DNA from: Syntrophales bacterium
GTDB taxonomy: Bacteria > Desulfobacterota > Syntrophia > Syntrophales > UBA2210
Direction: 5' to 3'
DNA: 64,000 bases
Assembly: GCA_963662405.2 (NCBI GenBank)
Contig: CAXXKT010000003.1
Coordinates: 416,001-480,000 of the forward strand
Shown in pieces: positions 28,169 to 39,484 of the stretch. The notes beneath the pieces were generated by a model. That model searched no databases, was not told where the DNA came from, and saw nothing but the letters and a program-made list of their open reading frames with translations. The first letter of the stretch is position 1. The number at the start of each line of letters is the position of its first letter. The translations under genes and the position numbers were made by a program.

Positions 28169-28803
28169 TGTTTACCGGGATTGTTGAAGACGTGGGTATT
28201 GTGCGAGAGGTAACCCGGAGGGGTAATGACGCCATCCTTGCCGTCAATACCTCAATGGACCTGAGTGCCGTCAAGATCGGAGACAGCATTGCGGTGAGCG
28301 GGGCCTGTCTGACGGTTGTATCCCTCGCGAATGGCTGTTTTTCCGCAGATGTGTCGGCGGAGACCCTAGCACGTACAATCTTAAAGCAATCGAAGGCGGG
28401 GGACCGTGTAAATCTGGAACGGGCCCTGACCTTGAATACGCCCCTGGGCGGGCATTTCGTCCTCGGGCACGTCGATTGTGTCGGTCATATTCGTGAGCGA
28501 AAAGAACAATCAAACTCCATCATATTCGGGATCGAGATCGAAGAGGAGATAGGCAGGTATATCGTCGCAAAGGGTTCAGTCGCGGTCGATGGTATCAGCC
28601 TCACCGTTAACCGATATGAAAACAGCAGATTTTATGTTAATATCATCCCTCATACCGCCCGTGAGACGACTCTCCGCTTCAAGAAGGCCGGAGAGCAAGT
28701 GAACGTGGAGACCGATATCCTGGGTAAGTATGTTGAGCGGTTTCTCCGTCCCGGCGTGGGAATCGATGAGAATTTCCTCGCGAAGTATGGATTTTTGAAG
28801 TAG
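28168..28803 (+). CDS. ribE: Riboflavin synthase
   Basis: MFTGIVE N-terminus, GACLTV and GISLTV. Confidence 0.95.
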   Translation: MFTGIVEDVGIVREVTRRGNDAILAVNTSMDLSAVKIGDSIAVSGACLTVVSLANGCFSADVSAETLARTILKQSKAGDRVNLERALTLNTPLGGHFVLGHVDCVGHIRERKEQSNSIIFGIEIEEEIGRYIVAKGSVAVDGISLTVNRYENSRFYVNIIPHTARETTLRFKKAGEQVNVETDILGKYVERFLRPGVGIDENFLAKYGFLK

Positions 28804-28838
28804 TACGGCAATAAAAAACATGAGGTAAAGGAATCAAA

Positions 28839-30038
28839 ATGGTTAGTACAATACAAGAGGCCATTGAAGATATCAAAAATGGCAAGATGGTGATACTGGT
28901 CGACGATGAAGACCGGGAGAATGAGGGAGATTTGTGCATGGCCGCTGAGCACATTACGGCGGATGCCATCAATTTTATGGCGACGCATGGCAGAGGTTTG
29001 ATCTGTCTCTCCATGGCGGGTGAGTTGGCGGATAAATTGGAACTTCCCCTGATGACGAGGAATAACGAATCACGGTTCGGGACGGCCTTTACCATTTCGA
29101 TTGAAGCACGGACGGGGGTGACCACCGGTATCTCGGCGAAGGATCGGGCGACGACGATCCTGACGGCGGTTGACGACGGAGCCAGATCCGGTGATCTGGT
29201 CAGCCCGGGGCATGTTTTCCCCATACGGGCCCGCAAGGGGGGTGTCTTGGTCCGGACGGGACAGACCGAAGGGTCGGTGGACCTGGCCCGGCTGGCATAT
29301 CTCAAGCCCGCGGGAGTTATCTGCGAGATAATGAAGGAAGATGGTACCATGGCGAGGATGCCCGATCTTGAGCTGTTCGCCAAGGAGCACGGCATCAAGA
29401 TCGTTACCATCGCCGACTTGATCGATTTCAGGATGCAGCATGAGCGGCTCATACGGAGGACCGCCGAGGCAAGTCTTCCGACCAAATACGGGGGAGAATT
29501 CAGGATCATTGTGTATGAAAACGATGTGGACGACATGAAGCATATCGCCCTCGTCAAAGGAGATATCAACCCCGATGATGAGGTGCTCGTCCGGGTACAT
29601 TCCGAGTGCGTCACCGGTGACCTTTTCGGTTCGCTCCGCTGTGATTGCGGTGATCAGCTCCACAAGGCCATGGAGATGGTGGAGGAGGAAGGGAAGGGGG
29701 TCATCGTTTATATGCATCAGGAGGGGAGGGGCATCGGAATAGTGAACAAGGTCCGTGCCTATGACCTCCAGGAGAAGGGGCGCGATACCGTCGAGGCGAA
29801 TCTTGAGCTGGGATTCAAGGAAGATCTCCGGGATTACGGGATCGGGGCGCAGATCCTCGTTGATTTGGGGGTCAGGAAGATGCGCCTCATGACCAATAAT
29901 CCCAAAAAGATCGTCGGGGTCGAGGGGTACGGTGTGACGGTGGTCGAACGGGTTCCGGTCGAGATTGAGCCGAATGAGAGCAACGTTCGCTATCTGAAGA
30001 CGAAAAAAGAAAAAATGGGGCATTTACTGGAAATATAG
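28839..30038 (+). CDS. ribBA: Bifunctional DHBP synthase / GTP cyclohydrolase II
   Basis: [16 protein letters not shown] and RCDCG. Confidence 0.96.
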   Translation: MVSTIQEAIEDIKNGKMVILVDDEDRENEGDLCMAAEHITADAINFMATHGRGLICLSMAGELADKLELPLMTRNNESRFGTAFTISIEARTGVTTGISAKDRATTILTAVDDGARSGDLVSPGHVFPIRARKGGVLVRTGQTEGSVDLARLAYLKPAGVICEIMKEDGTMARMPDLELFAKEHGIKIVTIADLIDFRMQHERLIRRTAEASLPTKYGGEFRIIVYENDVDDMKHIALVKGDINPDDEVLVRVHSECVTGDLFGSLRCDCGDQLHKAMEMVEEEGKGVIVYMHQEGRGIGIVNKVRAYDLQEKGRDTVEANLELGFKEDLRDYGIGAQILVDLGVRKMRLMTNNPKKIVGVEGYGVTVVERVPVEIEPNESNVRYLKTKKEKMGHLLEI

Positions 30039-30129
30039 CGATGACGACTTCGGCTGTGGGTGTCTTTGCCGCGATGTCTCAACCGGTCGGTCCGCGCCGA
30101 AGCTGTCGGAAATGGGTGGAGAGAGAGCT

Positions 30130-30594
30130 ATGCCGAAAATCATAGAAGGGAAGATCGTTGCCAAGGGGCTGAAATTCGGGATCGTGGCCAGCCGGTTTAA
30201 TGATTTTATCTGCGGGAAACTCATCGAGGGGGCACTGGATGCCCTGAAACGGGCAGGTGCGGATGAAAAGGATATCAGCCTTGTCCGGGTTCCCGGTGCC
30301 TTTGAGATCCCACTCATTTCAAAGAGACTTGCCAAAAGCGGTTCGTTTGACGCGATCATATGCCTGGGGGCTGTCATACGGGGTTCCACGCCACATTTTG
30401 AGTATGTCAGCGCCGAGGTTTCCAAAGGCGTTGCACTGGTGACGCTGGAAACGGAAACGCCGGTCGCATTCGGCATTATTACCTCTGACACGTTGGAACA
30501 GGCCATTGAGCGGGCCGGGACCAAGTCGGGGAATAAGGGGTGGGATGCCGCCATATCAGCCATTGAGATGGCCAATCTTATGCAGCTGGTATAA
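30130..30594 (+). CDS. ribH: 6,7-dimethyl-8-ribityllumazine synthase
   Basis: [13 protein letters not shown] and GSTPHFEY. Confidence 0.96.
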   Translation: MPKIIEGKIVAKGLKFGIVASRFNDFICGKLIEGALDALKRAGADEKDISLVRVPGAFEIPLISKRLAKSGSFDAIICLGAVIRGSTPHFEYVSAEVSKGVALVTLETETPVAFGIITSDTLEQAIERAGTKSGNKGWDAAISAIEMANLMQLV

Positions 30595-30624
30595 CAAATC
30601 CCAGTATTCAACCCGAGGGAATTA

Positions 30625-31044
30625 ATGGGTCATAGAAGAAAGGCACGGGAGATCGCCTTACAGGTTCTCTACCAAATTGATGTTACCAAGATCGATTCCG
30701 ATGAGGCCATCGATCTCTTTCGGGATAACTTCGGGATGTCCGAGGAGACGGCGGAATTCTCCACGCAGTTGATCCAGTGCACCCTGGCCCACCTGAATGA
30801 AATCGACGAACTGATAAAGAGCTGTTCCCAGCACTGGTCACTGGAGCGGATGTCGAAGGTAGACCGAAATATTCTCAGAACGGCGGTCTGCGAATTTCTC
30901 TATTTTGATGATATCCCCCCAAAGGTAACCCTCAACGAAGCGATCGATATTGGGAAGAATTACGGCTCGGATAATTCGGGCTCTTTCATAAATGGTATCC
31001 TTGATGCCATGTATGTACAACTCTGGGGAAAAGATGAAGATTAA
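30625..31044 (+). CDS. nusB: Transcription antitermination factor NusB
   Basis: RRKAREIALQVLY, DRNILR and FINGILD. Confidence 0.95.
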   Translation: MGHRRKAREIALQVLYQIDVTKIDSDEAIDLFRDNFGMSEETAEFSTQLIQCTLAHLNEIDELIKSCSQHWSLERMSKVDRNILRTAVCEFLYFDDIPPKVTLNEAIDIGKNYGSDNSGSFINGILDAMYVQLWGKDED

Positions 31045-31606
31045 GGTGTCGTCCGGGTCGATCGATATGTTGGCGTATGACGGCCTGGCCTTCGGTTTTT
31101 TCTCCGATGAACGTCCTCCGAGAGGGTATTGTGGCCTTGTCGATTGGCGCTTAAACGGATTGATATCCAACCTGATCGCCGCAGAAAAACTCACCGGTGC
31201 CTTTATGGAAAAGGTGCTTATTTCCACAAACTACCGTATTCCTTCCCCCAAGATACTCCTTGTAGGGTTGGGGGAATCGACCCAATTGACATATGAAAAA
31301 TTGTACACCGTCGGGTATTCTACGCGCCAGACGCTGATGGGGATGGAGTGTGTTGATTTTGCCTTTGATATACCTGTTTCGGACAGATGTGACTTGGCGG
31401 TTCCCCGGATGACCGTGGCGATGGTGTCGGGAGTTGTCGAATCCGGGGGTATGGGACAGGGGGATGATGTCTCAGACCTCGTTGTATTGGGCAGCAGGCT
31501 GTTTTTTGATGAGATTGTCCTGGGAATGCACGAGTTCAAGGTCAGCGTCAAGGGGAGCATTTCCGTTGATATTATAGCTGATGAGGGGCGGGCGGAGGCG
31601 GAATAG
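31034..31606 (+). CDS. Stand-alone peptidase M17 N-terminal-like domain protein
   Basis: DERPPRG..GLVDWRLNG and KILLVGLG patterns; no M17 catalytic domain. Confidence 0.65.
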   Translation: MKIKVSSGSIDMLAYDGLAFGFFSDERPPRGYCGLVDWRLNGLISNLIAAEKLTGAFMEKVLISTNYRIPSPKILLVGLGESTQLTYEKLYTVGYSTRQTLMGMECVDFAFDIPVSDRCDLAVPRMTVAMVSGVVESGGMGQGDDVSDLVVLGSRLFFDEIVLGMHEFKVSVKGSISVDIIADEGRAEAE

Positions 31607-31608
31607 CC

Positions 31609-32982
31609 ATGAGGGTCATTGTAATCGGAGCCGGTGAAGTCGGCTACAATATTGCGGATATCCTCTCCAAAGAAGGGAACGATATCATCATTATCGATAC
31701 GAACGAGGAACGCCTGAAAAGCATCTCGGAGAATCTGGATGTGCAGACGATCACCGGGAGCGGGAGCAGCCCTCAGGTACTGAAAAAGGCGAAACTCAGC
31801 CAGGCGGAAATGGTGGTTGCCGTTACCGACAGCGATGAGACCAACATCGTGGCGTGTCTCCTCGCCTCCGCACAATCCACGTCTCCCTTCAAGATTGCAC
31901 GCATACGGAACCCCGATCTGAACAGAGAATCGGCCCTCTTCGACAAGGCCCATCTCAATATCGACCTGTGTATCAATCCGGAGCGGGAGGCGGTCAACGA
32001 CGTCATCAACCTGATGGAGTACTCCGGGGCCTCGGAGGTTATTGACTTTGCCGGGGGGAGCGTTAAACTCGTCTCTTTCTATGTGGATGCGGAGTGCGAC
32101 GCCGTCGGGAAGAACCTGGAACAGATCATGGAAATCTACCCGGAAGGCGAGGATATCCTCATTGCCTCCATCACACGGGGAAATGAGCCCATCATTCCAT
32201 CCGGAAAGACGGTGATCAAGGAGAAAGACCACCTCTTTGTCTTTGCAAAATCCGAAAATGTTCGCAATATGCTCAAGTTCTTCGGAAAAAAGGAGAAGCC
32301 CTCGACGCGGGTTTTTATCGTGGGTGGTGGTGACACGGCGCTGATGCTTGCCGAGGCCCTCGAGAAGAAATGGGTCGATACCATCAAACTGATCGAGAAG
32401 AGGCAGGACCGGTGCGAACTACTCGCCTCCCGTCTCGACAGGACCATCTGCCTGCATGGGGACGGGACGGATCAAGACCTGCTCAAGGAAGAGAACATAC
32501 GGGACGCCGATTACTTCATCGCGGTGACCGACGATGAGGAAGAGAATATCCTGAGTGCCCTCCTGGCAAAACAACTGGGGGCCAAGAAGACGATATGCCT
32601 GGTCAACAAGGCCGGGTACAACCACCTCATTCCCGTGATCGGAATCGACGGGGTCATGAATCCCCGGCGTGCCAGTATCGGAAAGATCCTGCACTTCATA
32701 CGAAAGGGAAAGGTGATCTCCGCAACCCCTCTCGGGGATGAAAAGGCGGAGGCCGTCGAGTTTATCGCCCTCGAGACATCCGATATTACGGATAAGCCCC
32801 TCAAGGATATCGACTTTCCACGAGGGACCATTGTCGGCCCGATTGCCCGTGATGGTGAGGTGATTATCCCGGGAGGCGATACCATCATCCTCCCCGGAGA
32901 TCACGTTATCCTGGTAACGCTTCGCTCCTCGATTCCGAAGGTCGAAAAGATCCTCACGGTCAAGTTGGATTATTTCGGATGA
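31609..32982 (+). CDS. trkA: Trk potassium uptake NAD-binding subunit
   Basis: Two RCK_N (GAGEVG, GGGDT) / RCK_C pairs. Confidence 0.95.
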   Translation: MRVIVIGAGEVGYNIADILSKEGNDIIIIDTNEERLKSISENLDVQTITGSGSSPQVLKKAKLSQAEMVVAVTDSDETNIVACLLASAQSTSPFKIARIRNPDLNRESALFDKAHLNIDLCINPEREAVNDVINLMEYSGASEVIDFAGGSVKLVSFYVDAECDAVGKNLEQIMEIYPEGEDILIASITRGNEPIIPSGKTVIKEKDHLFVFAKSENVRNMLKFFGKKEKPSTRVFIVGGGDTALMLAEALEKKWVDTIKLIEKRQDRCELLASRLDRTICLHGDGTDQDLLKEENIRDADYFIAVTDDEEENILSALLAKQLGAKKTICLVNKAGYNHLIPVIGIDGVMNPRRASIGKILHFIRKGKVISATPLGDEKAEAVEFIALETSDITDKPLKDIDFPRGTIVGPIARDGEVIIPGGDTIILPGDHVILVTLRSSIPKVEKILTVKLDYFG

Positions 32983-34430
32983 ACACGAAGAACATACTCT
33001 ATATCCTGGGATCTCTCCTCTTTTTCCTGGGCCTGACCATGCTTGTTCCCCTTGTATGTTCGCTTTACTATCGGGAGGGGGATACCGCGGCCTTTCTCTA
33101 TTCGATTGCAATGGCGTTTTGTGTCGGCGGGTTCTTTTACCTTCTCTTCAAACCATCCAATGGTACGATGAGCCTGACTCACAGGGAGGGCTTCCTGGTT
33201 GTTGCCACCGGATGGCTACTCGTCGCGTTATTCGGATCTCTGCCCTTTATGATTCAGGGGGTTCTGCCCCACTTCAGTGACGCTTTTTTCGAGTCCATAT
33301 CTGGTTTTACCACGACAGGGGCTACGGTCATTGAGCGCATCGACGGTCTTCCCCACGGCATCCTCATCTGGCGTTCACTGACCCAATGGCTGGGGGGGAT
33401 GGGGATTATCATTCTTTCCATCGCTATTTTCCCCCTCCTCGGTGTCGGGGGTATGCAGCTCTACAAGGCCGAGCTCCCCAGCCCGGTGAAGGATAAGATC
33501 ACCCCCCGGGTTGCCGAGACGGCTCGTACCCTGTGGATCGTCTATATCGTTATTTCCATCGTCGAATTTATCATGCTCCTGATAGGCGGGATGGATGTTT
33601 TCAATGCCCTCTGTCACACCTTCACCACCATGGCCACCGGTGGTTTTTCCACGAGCGATGCCAGTATCGCACACTTTCACAGTGCCTATATAGATGGCGT
33701 TATTACCTTCTTTATGCTGGTTGCCGGGATAAACTTTACACTCCACTACGGTCTTATCATGGGAAACTTTCGGGCCTTTTTCGCGAACAGCGAGCTGCGC
33801 CTGTACCTTGCGATTATCCTGACCGCCGTGGTCATCGTAACCGTTACCCTCCGGCAGCATGCCCTGTATGATGGGGCCGACTCGCTCCGGTATGCCTCAT
33901 TCCAGGTGGTTTCGATTATCACGACCACCGGTTTTACCACTGCCAATTTTGATAACTGGCCGGCGCTATCAAAGATAATCCTTCTCCTCCTGATGTTTGT
34001 GGGGGGGTCGGCTGGTTCTACGGGTGGAAGCATTAAATGCCTCAGGATTCTCCTGATACTGAAACATAGCTATAAGGAGTTGTACCGGCTTGTTCATCCC
34101 CACGCAGTGACCGCGATGAAGCTGGGAAAGAGGACCGTGTATCCCGAGACCATGGCAAGTATCTGGGGCTTTTTCATGCTGTATCTTATGATGACGGTGA
34201 TTGCCTCGGTCATCCTGACCCTCCTCGGTTTGGACATGATGACGGCCTTTTCATCCGTTGCCGCGACGATCGGCAATGTCGGGCCCGGTTTCGGTGGGGT
34301 CAACCCTGCCTCGACCTACAGCGGGATCCCCTGCCTCGGTAAATGGGTGCTTTCCTTCTGCATGCTCGCCGGAAGACTCGAGATCTATACGGTTATCATC
34401 CTGTTGATCCCCGAATTCTGGAAGAAATAG
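32979..34430 (+). CDS. trkH: Trk potassium uptake membrane subunit
   Basis: SGFTTTGAT, TGGFS and GSTGGSIK selectivity-filter motifs. Confidence 0.95.
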   Translation: MNTKNILYILGSLLFFLGLTMLVPLVCSLYYREGDTAAFLYSIAMAFCVGGFFYLLFKPSNGTMSLTHREGFLVVATGWLLVALFGSLPFMIQGVLPHFSDAFFESISGFTTTGATVIERIDGLPHGILIWRSLTQWLGGMGIIILSIAIFPLLGVGGMQLYKAELPSPVKDKITPRVAETARTLWIVYIVISIVEFIMLLIGGMDVFNALCHTFTTMATGGFSTSDASIAHFHSAYIDGVITFFMLVAGINFTLHYGLIMGNFRAFFANSELRLYLAIILTAVVIVTVTLRQHALYDGADSLRYASFQVVSIITTTGFTTANFDNWPALSKIILLLLMFVGGSAGSTGGSIKCLRILLILKHSYKELYRLVHPHAVTAMKLGKRTVYPETMASIWGFFMLYLMMTVIASVILTLLGLDMMTAFSSVAATIGNVGPGFGGVNPASTYSGIPCLGKWVLSFCMLAGRLEIYTVIILLIPEFWKK

Positions 34431-34679
34431 GAACCATATCGTCGAAACCGCCCTGGGACCCGCAGCAACTCACGTCTGGAGCAGAGTTTTTCTCATACGG
34501 AATATGCGCGGCTTTTCCCACACATAATTTCATCGTCATTATCCCCTATCATATTATAATAATGGAGGGAAACGTGGGGCGCTGAGGCAGCGTTGCCAAA
34601 AAAGACCAGAACACAGGCCTTGCAATTCACCCCGAATGCAATTACGCTGTATTACAATGAGATACACTGAAGGTGCTGT

Positions 34680-34898
34680 ATGAGCACGGCAATATCAATC
34701 AGGGTCTCGGATGAGATTGCCTCGAAACTCGCTGAAATCTCGAAAGAGACGGAGCGATCCAAATCGTTCCATGTACAGAAAGCCCTGGATGCCTATCTGG
34801 CGGATCTGGCTGATCTGCAGGTCGCCCATGATCGGCTGCACGATACGCTTGATCGGATTGTCTCTGTTGAAGAGATGAGGAAAGATCTTGAACTATAA
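34680..34898 (+). CDS. Ribbon-helix-helix (CopG/RelB-like) antitoxin
   Basis: AISIRVSDEI..RSKSFHVQKALDAYL; upstream TGTATTACA palindrome. Confidence 0.8.
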   Translation: MSTAISIRVSDEIASKLAEISKETERSKSFHVQKALDAYLADLADLQVAHDRLHDTLDRIVSVEEMRKDLEL

Positions 34899-34973
34899 CA
34901 TTACCGATAAAACAAGTTAAAACTGGTCAGAGTTTCTTCGCCGGTTTCGTTCTTAATCAGAAGGAGAAGCATC

Positions 34974-35666
34974 ATGTCATTAATAGAAGATAACATACGG
35001 AACATACGAGAAAATATTGCCGAGGCGGCCCTGAAATCGGGGCGGGATCCTTCCGGGGTCCATCTGATGGCTGTGACGAAGACCGTTGACGATGAGCGTA
35101 TCCTCGAGGCAATCGAGGCCGGTGTCGCTATCATGGGCGAGAATTACATCCAGGAGGCGAAGCGGAAGATCGAGACAATGGATGTGGATGTGAAGTGGCA
35201 CATGATCGGTCACCTCCAGTCCAACAAGGCAAAGTACGCGGTCAGGCTTTTTGATATGGTCCACTCCGTTGACCGCATAGGGTTGGCCGCAGAGCTCGAT
35301 AAGCGATCGGCAGCCGTGGGACGGGTGACCGATATCCTCGTCGAGGTAAACGTCAGCGGTGAGGAAAGCAAGAGCGGTGTCCGCGCGCAGGAGGCCCCCG
35401 CCCTGATCAGGGAGATCGCATCCCTCGGAAACCTCTCGGTCCGGGGGCTGATGACGATGCCCCCCTGGTTCGATGATCCCGAGGATGCCCGGCCGTACTT
35501 CGTGGCCTTGCGCGAACTGAAGGACAAAATCGCCGCAGAGGAGATCCCCCACGTCGAGATGAACGAACTCTCCATGGGGATGTCGGGAGACTACCGGGTC
35601 GCCGTTGAGGAAGGGGCGACCATCGTCAGGGTCGGGACGGCCATATTCGGCGCGCGGGCGTACTAG
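34974..35666 (+). CDS. yggS: PLP homeostasis protein YggS
   Basis: AVTKT, GENYIQE, WHMIGHLQSNK and SMGMSGD. Confidence 0.95.
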   Translation: MSLIEDNIRNIRENIAEAALKSGRDPSGVHLMAVTKTVDDERILEAIEAGVAIMGENYIQEAKRKIETMDVDVKWHMIGHLQSNKAKYAVRLFDMVHSVDRIGLAAELDKRSAAVGRVTDILVEVNVSGEESKSGVRAQEAPALIREIASLGNLSVRGLMTMPPWFDDPEDARPYFVALRELKDKIAAEEIPHVEMNELSMGMSGDYRVAVEEGATIVRVGTAIFGARAY

Positions 35667-35673
35667 TTCGGCC

Positions 35674-36654
35674 TCACTCTCCGCCTTCCGTGGTTTCGCT
35701 TTCCGGGGGTTGACCCTTGTAGATAAACCGCTCGAGGAGCCGGTGATAGGGCGTCCAGTTTGTCTCATTCCCCGGGGCTTTCATGAATTCACTGAACGCG
35801 TTTGTCTTCGCGTCCAGGTCATCCATAAAGTTTACGATGAGGGCCTCCAGCGTCTTGGGCCGTTTGGGCGACCCGAATTCCAGGACCCCATGGTGGCTGA
35901 GGAGTATGTGCCGAAGCTCGAGGGCGAGCTGCCGCGGGAAGCTCTCGATTGCGGCGATCTTTTCATTTACGAACTCCACCGCCAGGACGATGTGGCCGAC
36001 GAGCCGCCCCTCGTCCGTGTAATTCATCGTGCCGTTGAAGGACAGCTCGTGAATCTTCCCTATGTCGTGCAGGATCCCCCCGGCAATGACGAGGTCCCGG
36101 TTCAGATTCCGATAGTGCCCTGTTACCAGATCGAGGAGCTGCGTCACGGAGAGGGTATGTTCGAGGAGCCCCCCGATATAGGCGTGATGAAAACCCTTTG
36201 CGGCGGGCGCCTTTCGGAAGGCATCCGCCGTCTCCTCGTCGTCGAAGATCAGATCGAGGAGGGTTCTCAGGTGCGGGTTTTGTACGGTCTCTACAATGGC
36301 CATGAGCGCCTCGAACATTTCGGCAGTATCCGAGGCGGATGACGGGAGGTAGTCGGCAGGGGTGACCGTGGGGTCGTCGACGACGGAGATCCTCGAGATG
36401 GACAGCTGGATGAGATTTCTGAAGCTGACCGCCTGGGACTGGATCTGGATAATGTCGCCCGTCTGGAATATCTCGTTCATCTCGGCCGCGCGGTCCCAGA
36501 CCCTCCCGTCGACCTCGCCCGTCTTGTCTCTGAGCTTCAGATTCAGGTAAGGGTTCCCTTTCTGTGAGATGGCCATATTCTTTTCGGTAACGAGGAACAG
36601 GTCTTGAACCCGGTCCCCCGCGTGTATGTCCTTCACGTAACTCTGTTTGATCAA
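35674..36654 (-). CDS. yhaM: OB-fold/HD-domain 3'-5' exoribonuclease YhaM-like
   Basis: HHAYIGGLLEH, LHDIGK and SHHG; start at TTG 36654 overlapping the fdhD stop. Confidence 0.88.
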   Translation of the reverse strand: MIKQSYVKDIHAGDRVQDLFLVTEKNMAISQKGNPYLNLKLRDKTGEVDGRVWDRAAEMNEIFQTGDIIQIQSQAVSFRNLIQLSISRISVVDDPTVTPADYLPSSASDTAEMFEALMAIVETVQNPHLRTLLDLIFDDEETADAFRKAPAAKGFHHAYIGGLLEHTLSVTQLLDLVTGHYRNLNRDLVIAGGILHDIGKIHELSFNGTMNYTDEGRLVGHIVLAVEFVNEKIAAIESFPRQLALELRHILLSHHGVLEFGSPKRPKTLEALIVNFMDDLDAKTNAFSEFMKAPGNETNWTPYHRLLERFIYKGQPPESETTEGGE

Positions 36655-37418
36655 AATCGTATCCGCCTTTCGTTGGTGTATATCTTGAATGATTTTCCTC
36701 TCACGTGACCGATGAGGGTAATTCCTGCTTCGTGCAGGATATCGAGCGCCTCTGAGGTCGGGACCGAGTGGGAAATCATGATGGGGATCCCCAGCGCCCA
36801 CACCTTCCGGGCAATCTCGGAGGAGACACGCCCCGTCTTGACGATGATCTTATCTGAACAGTCGATGCCGTTCAGGAGGGCATATCCGCCCAGCATATCG
36901 ATGGTGTTGTGCCGTCCGATGTCATCGCGCAGGGCGAGGATCTGTTCCGTATCTGCGAGGGCCGAACAGTGGGTACCATGTGTTAACCGGTGGAGTTCTG
37001 ATGAGGTCAAAAGCTCTTCCATCAATGTGATCGCTTTCTGCGCGGAAAGGAAGATATCGGATGAAATCCTGTTTCCCCCCGTTTCAGGCTGTCTTGCCCT
37101 CGATCCGCTCGACAGGACGATGGGATCCGAAGGGGGTGCCAGCGGAATAGTCGTATCCATTGTCAGCACATCGACCCGTGATCCATCAGAAGAAACTGCA
37201 ACCCTTTCGATGCCATCGGGAATCGTGAGCAGGTCCATCGAGCGGAGATACCCTGTTGCCAGTTCTTTGAGATGAATGCCCGTGCAGGCGATCGTTGTGA
37301 TCCTTTTCCCGTTGAGGAGGATCTCCACCGGTTTCTCCCTGATGACCGGTTCGGAGATGTCAGATGTCGTGTTTTCTCGGTAGAAACGGATATCTACCTG
37401 TTGTATGGGGTCGCTCAC
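36651..37418 (-). CDS. fdhD: Formate dehydrogenase accessory sulfurtransferase
   Basis: THGTH, DIGRHN and TGRVSSE. Confidence 0.9.
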   Translation of the reverse strand: MSDPIQQVDIRFYRENTTSDISEPVIREKPVEILLNGKRITTIACTGIHLKELATGYLRSMDLLTIPDGIERVAVSSDGSRVDVLTMDTTIPLAPPSDPIVLSSGSRARQPETGGNRISSDIFLSAQKAITLMEELLTSSELHRLTHGTHCSALADTEQILALRDDIGRHNTIDMLGGYALLNGIDCSDKIIVKTGRVSSEIARKVWALGIPIMISHSVPTSEALDILHEAGITLIGHVRGKSFKIYTNERRIRF

Positions 37419-39325
37419 TGTGCTCTCTCTCTCAACATTCGGTAGTTCTCGACCCGGATAGTCAGTTTTGTCTTATCAAAATATTCCATAAGTGGAATAA
37501 TGAACTTGCGCGATAATCCGGTCAGCTCTTTGAAGGTGGCGGGAGAGGCCTTCCCCTCTTGGACGAGGACCGCCCGATACTCTTCTTTCAACCGGTCGAG
37601 GGCCTCGCGGTGAAAATACAGGTCTTCATTGATTTTGACGAGGATATTCGTGCTGAGCATGACATGCAAGATGTCGGCGACCGCCTTCCGTTTCCCGGGG
37701 AAACGTTCAACGATCTCCTTGATTGAAGGGGGAGTGAGGGCGGCGTCTCGGTAGATGCCGGTGATCTCTTCCCTGAGTTTTACATCTTCGTCTTTCAGAT
37801 TTACGGTGTGACTCTCGATACGGACCGTATCTTTGTCCGTGGTGATTCTTTTGTCATCCGCCAGATCTTTGATCGCTTTACTGAAGAGCTTGGGATCGAT
37901 ATATCCTCCGAGGGTGCTCCTTAGCTCCTCCTTGGAGATTCCCTCCTTCAGGGGATATTTCTGGTGGTATGCCGTAATGCCGGTCAGGACACGCTCTTGA
38001 AAAGCACCGTACACGCCGGAAGAGACGATCCGGCGTTCATCCCGGTCGACCATGAGGGCATTTTTACCCGACAGCATCTTCTCGATGATTTTCTCCTGCT
38101 CGCCGGGCGGCAGGCCGGTCCGTATCGCCAGCCTCAGGGCTGTAATGCCCTCGAGCCCCGCCCTCTCCAATATGATGTCAGTTTTCTCTTCACCCCTTCC
38201 CCGGTGGAGCCTCTCGGACTCCCCGGGTTGCACATGTTTCCTGCGTTTTTGGGCGAGGGGATCGGTGACCTCTCCCCCTCCGATCGTGGTGATGGGGGAA
38301 TAACTCCTGATGACGAAATGGTCGCCCGACATGGCCACCACCGGATTTTCGGGGAGCACTTGTGCGTATGCCGTCTTCCCCGGGTCCAGCTCATCGTGGT
38401 CCGGCAGTATGATCCGCGCGATCGCTTCGCTGGTTCCTGTGTGAAATCTGACGAGTGCTCGATTCTTCAGTTTTTTGCCGGCGCCGGCGAGATAGCGCAG
38501 ATGGACATCCAGACGACTCGATGCCTCAAAAGTGGCGGGGCGGGCAAGGACATGCCCCCGCTCTATCTTTGCACGGTCGATTCCTTGGAGATTGATGGCG
38601 GTTCTCTGTCCTGCCTGTGCCGTATCCGCCGCCTCGTTATGGACCTGAATCCCGCGTATCTTCGCCAGTCCGCCGGTCGGCATGATCTCGACGATCTCTC
38701 CGATCCGAATGTTTCCTGAAGCGAGGGTGCCGGTTACCACCGTACCAAACCCCTTCATGGTGAATACCCGGTCCACGGGGAGGCGGAAGAGCCCTGAGTC
38801 TGCTCGGTCCTCCAGGGTGGCAATCATGGTGCTCAGTTGATCGATGAACGCCGGGAGACCCGCGCCCGTCATGGCCGACAGGGGGATGATCGGAGATTCA
38901 TCCAGGAAGGTTCCCTCTAAAAAAGTCTGGATATCTTCCTGCACCAGGCCCAGCCATTCCTCATCCACCATATCAATCTTCGTCAGGGCCACGATTCCTC
39001 TCTTAATCCCCAGAAGTTGACATATCTCGAGGTGCTCGCGGGTTTGGGGCATAATCCCCTCATCCGCCGCTATGACGAGGACCACCAGATCGATCCCCCC
39101 GGCACCGGAGACCATGTTTTTTACGAATCTTTCATGGCCGGGGACATCTACAACCCCGATTTTCTGCCCGCCGGGGAGGACCAGGGGGGCGAATCCGAGC
39201 TCGATGGTAATCCCGCGCTCCTTTTCTTCCTTGAGACGGTCCGTGTCTACGTTGGTGAGGGCCTTGATGAGGGAAGTTTTACCATGGTCGACATGCCCCG
39301 CCGTGCCCAGGATGATGTGCTTCAT
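37415..39325 (-). CDS. selB: Selenocysteine-specific elongation factor
   Basis: [19 protein letters not shown] and C-terminal winged helices ([14 protein letters not shown]). Confidence 0.96.
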   Translation of the reverse strand: MKHIILGTAGHVDHGKTSLIKALTNVDTDRLKEEKERGITIELGFAPLVLPGGQKIGVVDVPGHERFVKNMVSGAGGIDLVVLVIAADEGIMPQTREHLEICQLLGIKRGIVALTKIDMVDEEWLGLVQEDIQTFLEGTFLDESPIIPLSAMTGAGLPAFIDQLSTMIATLEDRADSGLFRLPVDRVFTMKGFGTVVTGTLASGNIRIGEIVEIMPTGGLAKIRGIQVHNEAADTAQAGQRTAINLQGIDRAKIERGHVLARPATFEASSRLDVHLRYLAGAGKKLKNRALVRFHTGTSEAIARIILPDHDELDPGKTAYAQVLPENPVVAMSGDHFVIRSYSPITTIGGGEVTDPLAQKRRKHVQPGESERLHRGRGEEKTDIILERAGLEGITALRLAIRTGLPPGEQEKIIEKMLSGKNALMVDRDERRIVSSGVYGAFQERVLTGITAYHQKYPLKEGISKEELRSTLGGYIDPKLFSKAIKDLADDKRITTDKDTVRIESHTVNLKDEDVKLREEITGIYRDAALTPPSIKEIVERFPGKRKAVADILHVMLSTNILVKINEDLYFHREALDRLKEEYRAVLVQEGKASPATFKELTGLSRKFIIPLMEYFDKTKLTIRVENYRMLRERAQ

Positions 39326-39484
39326 ACGGTCGTTCTCTTTCTTCGGCTTGTGCCGAGAACATCTCCTGATGAAATACCAAAACCGTGCTCATTACACAAG
39401 GTGATTGTCTGTACCTCCGATTTCACCGTAACATGATCACGTTTTGTAATATGATGGTGACTATGATATGAAACAGGACCGATT

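Noticed and set aside
24255..32232. Long antisense ORFs (e.g. 24255..25163, 25618..26874, 26460..27584, 28679..29614, 29070..30023, 31231..32232)
   Set aside because: Shadows of well-conserved GC-rich housekeeping genes on the opposite strand; no motifs.
36655..36801. N-terminal extension of the YhaM ORF
   Set aside because: Lies inside fdhD; TTG at 36654 gives the normal length.
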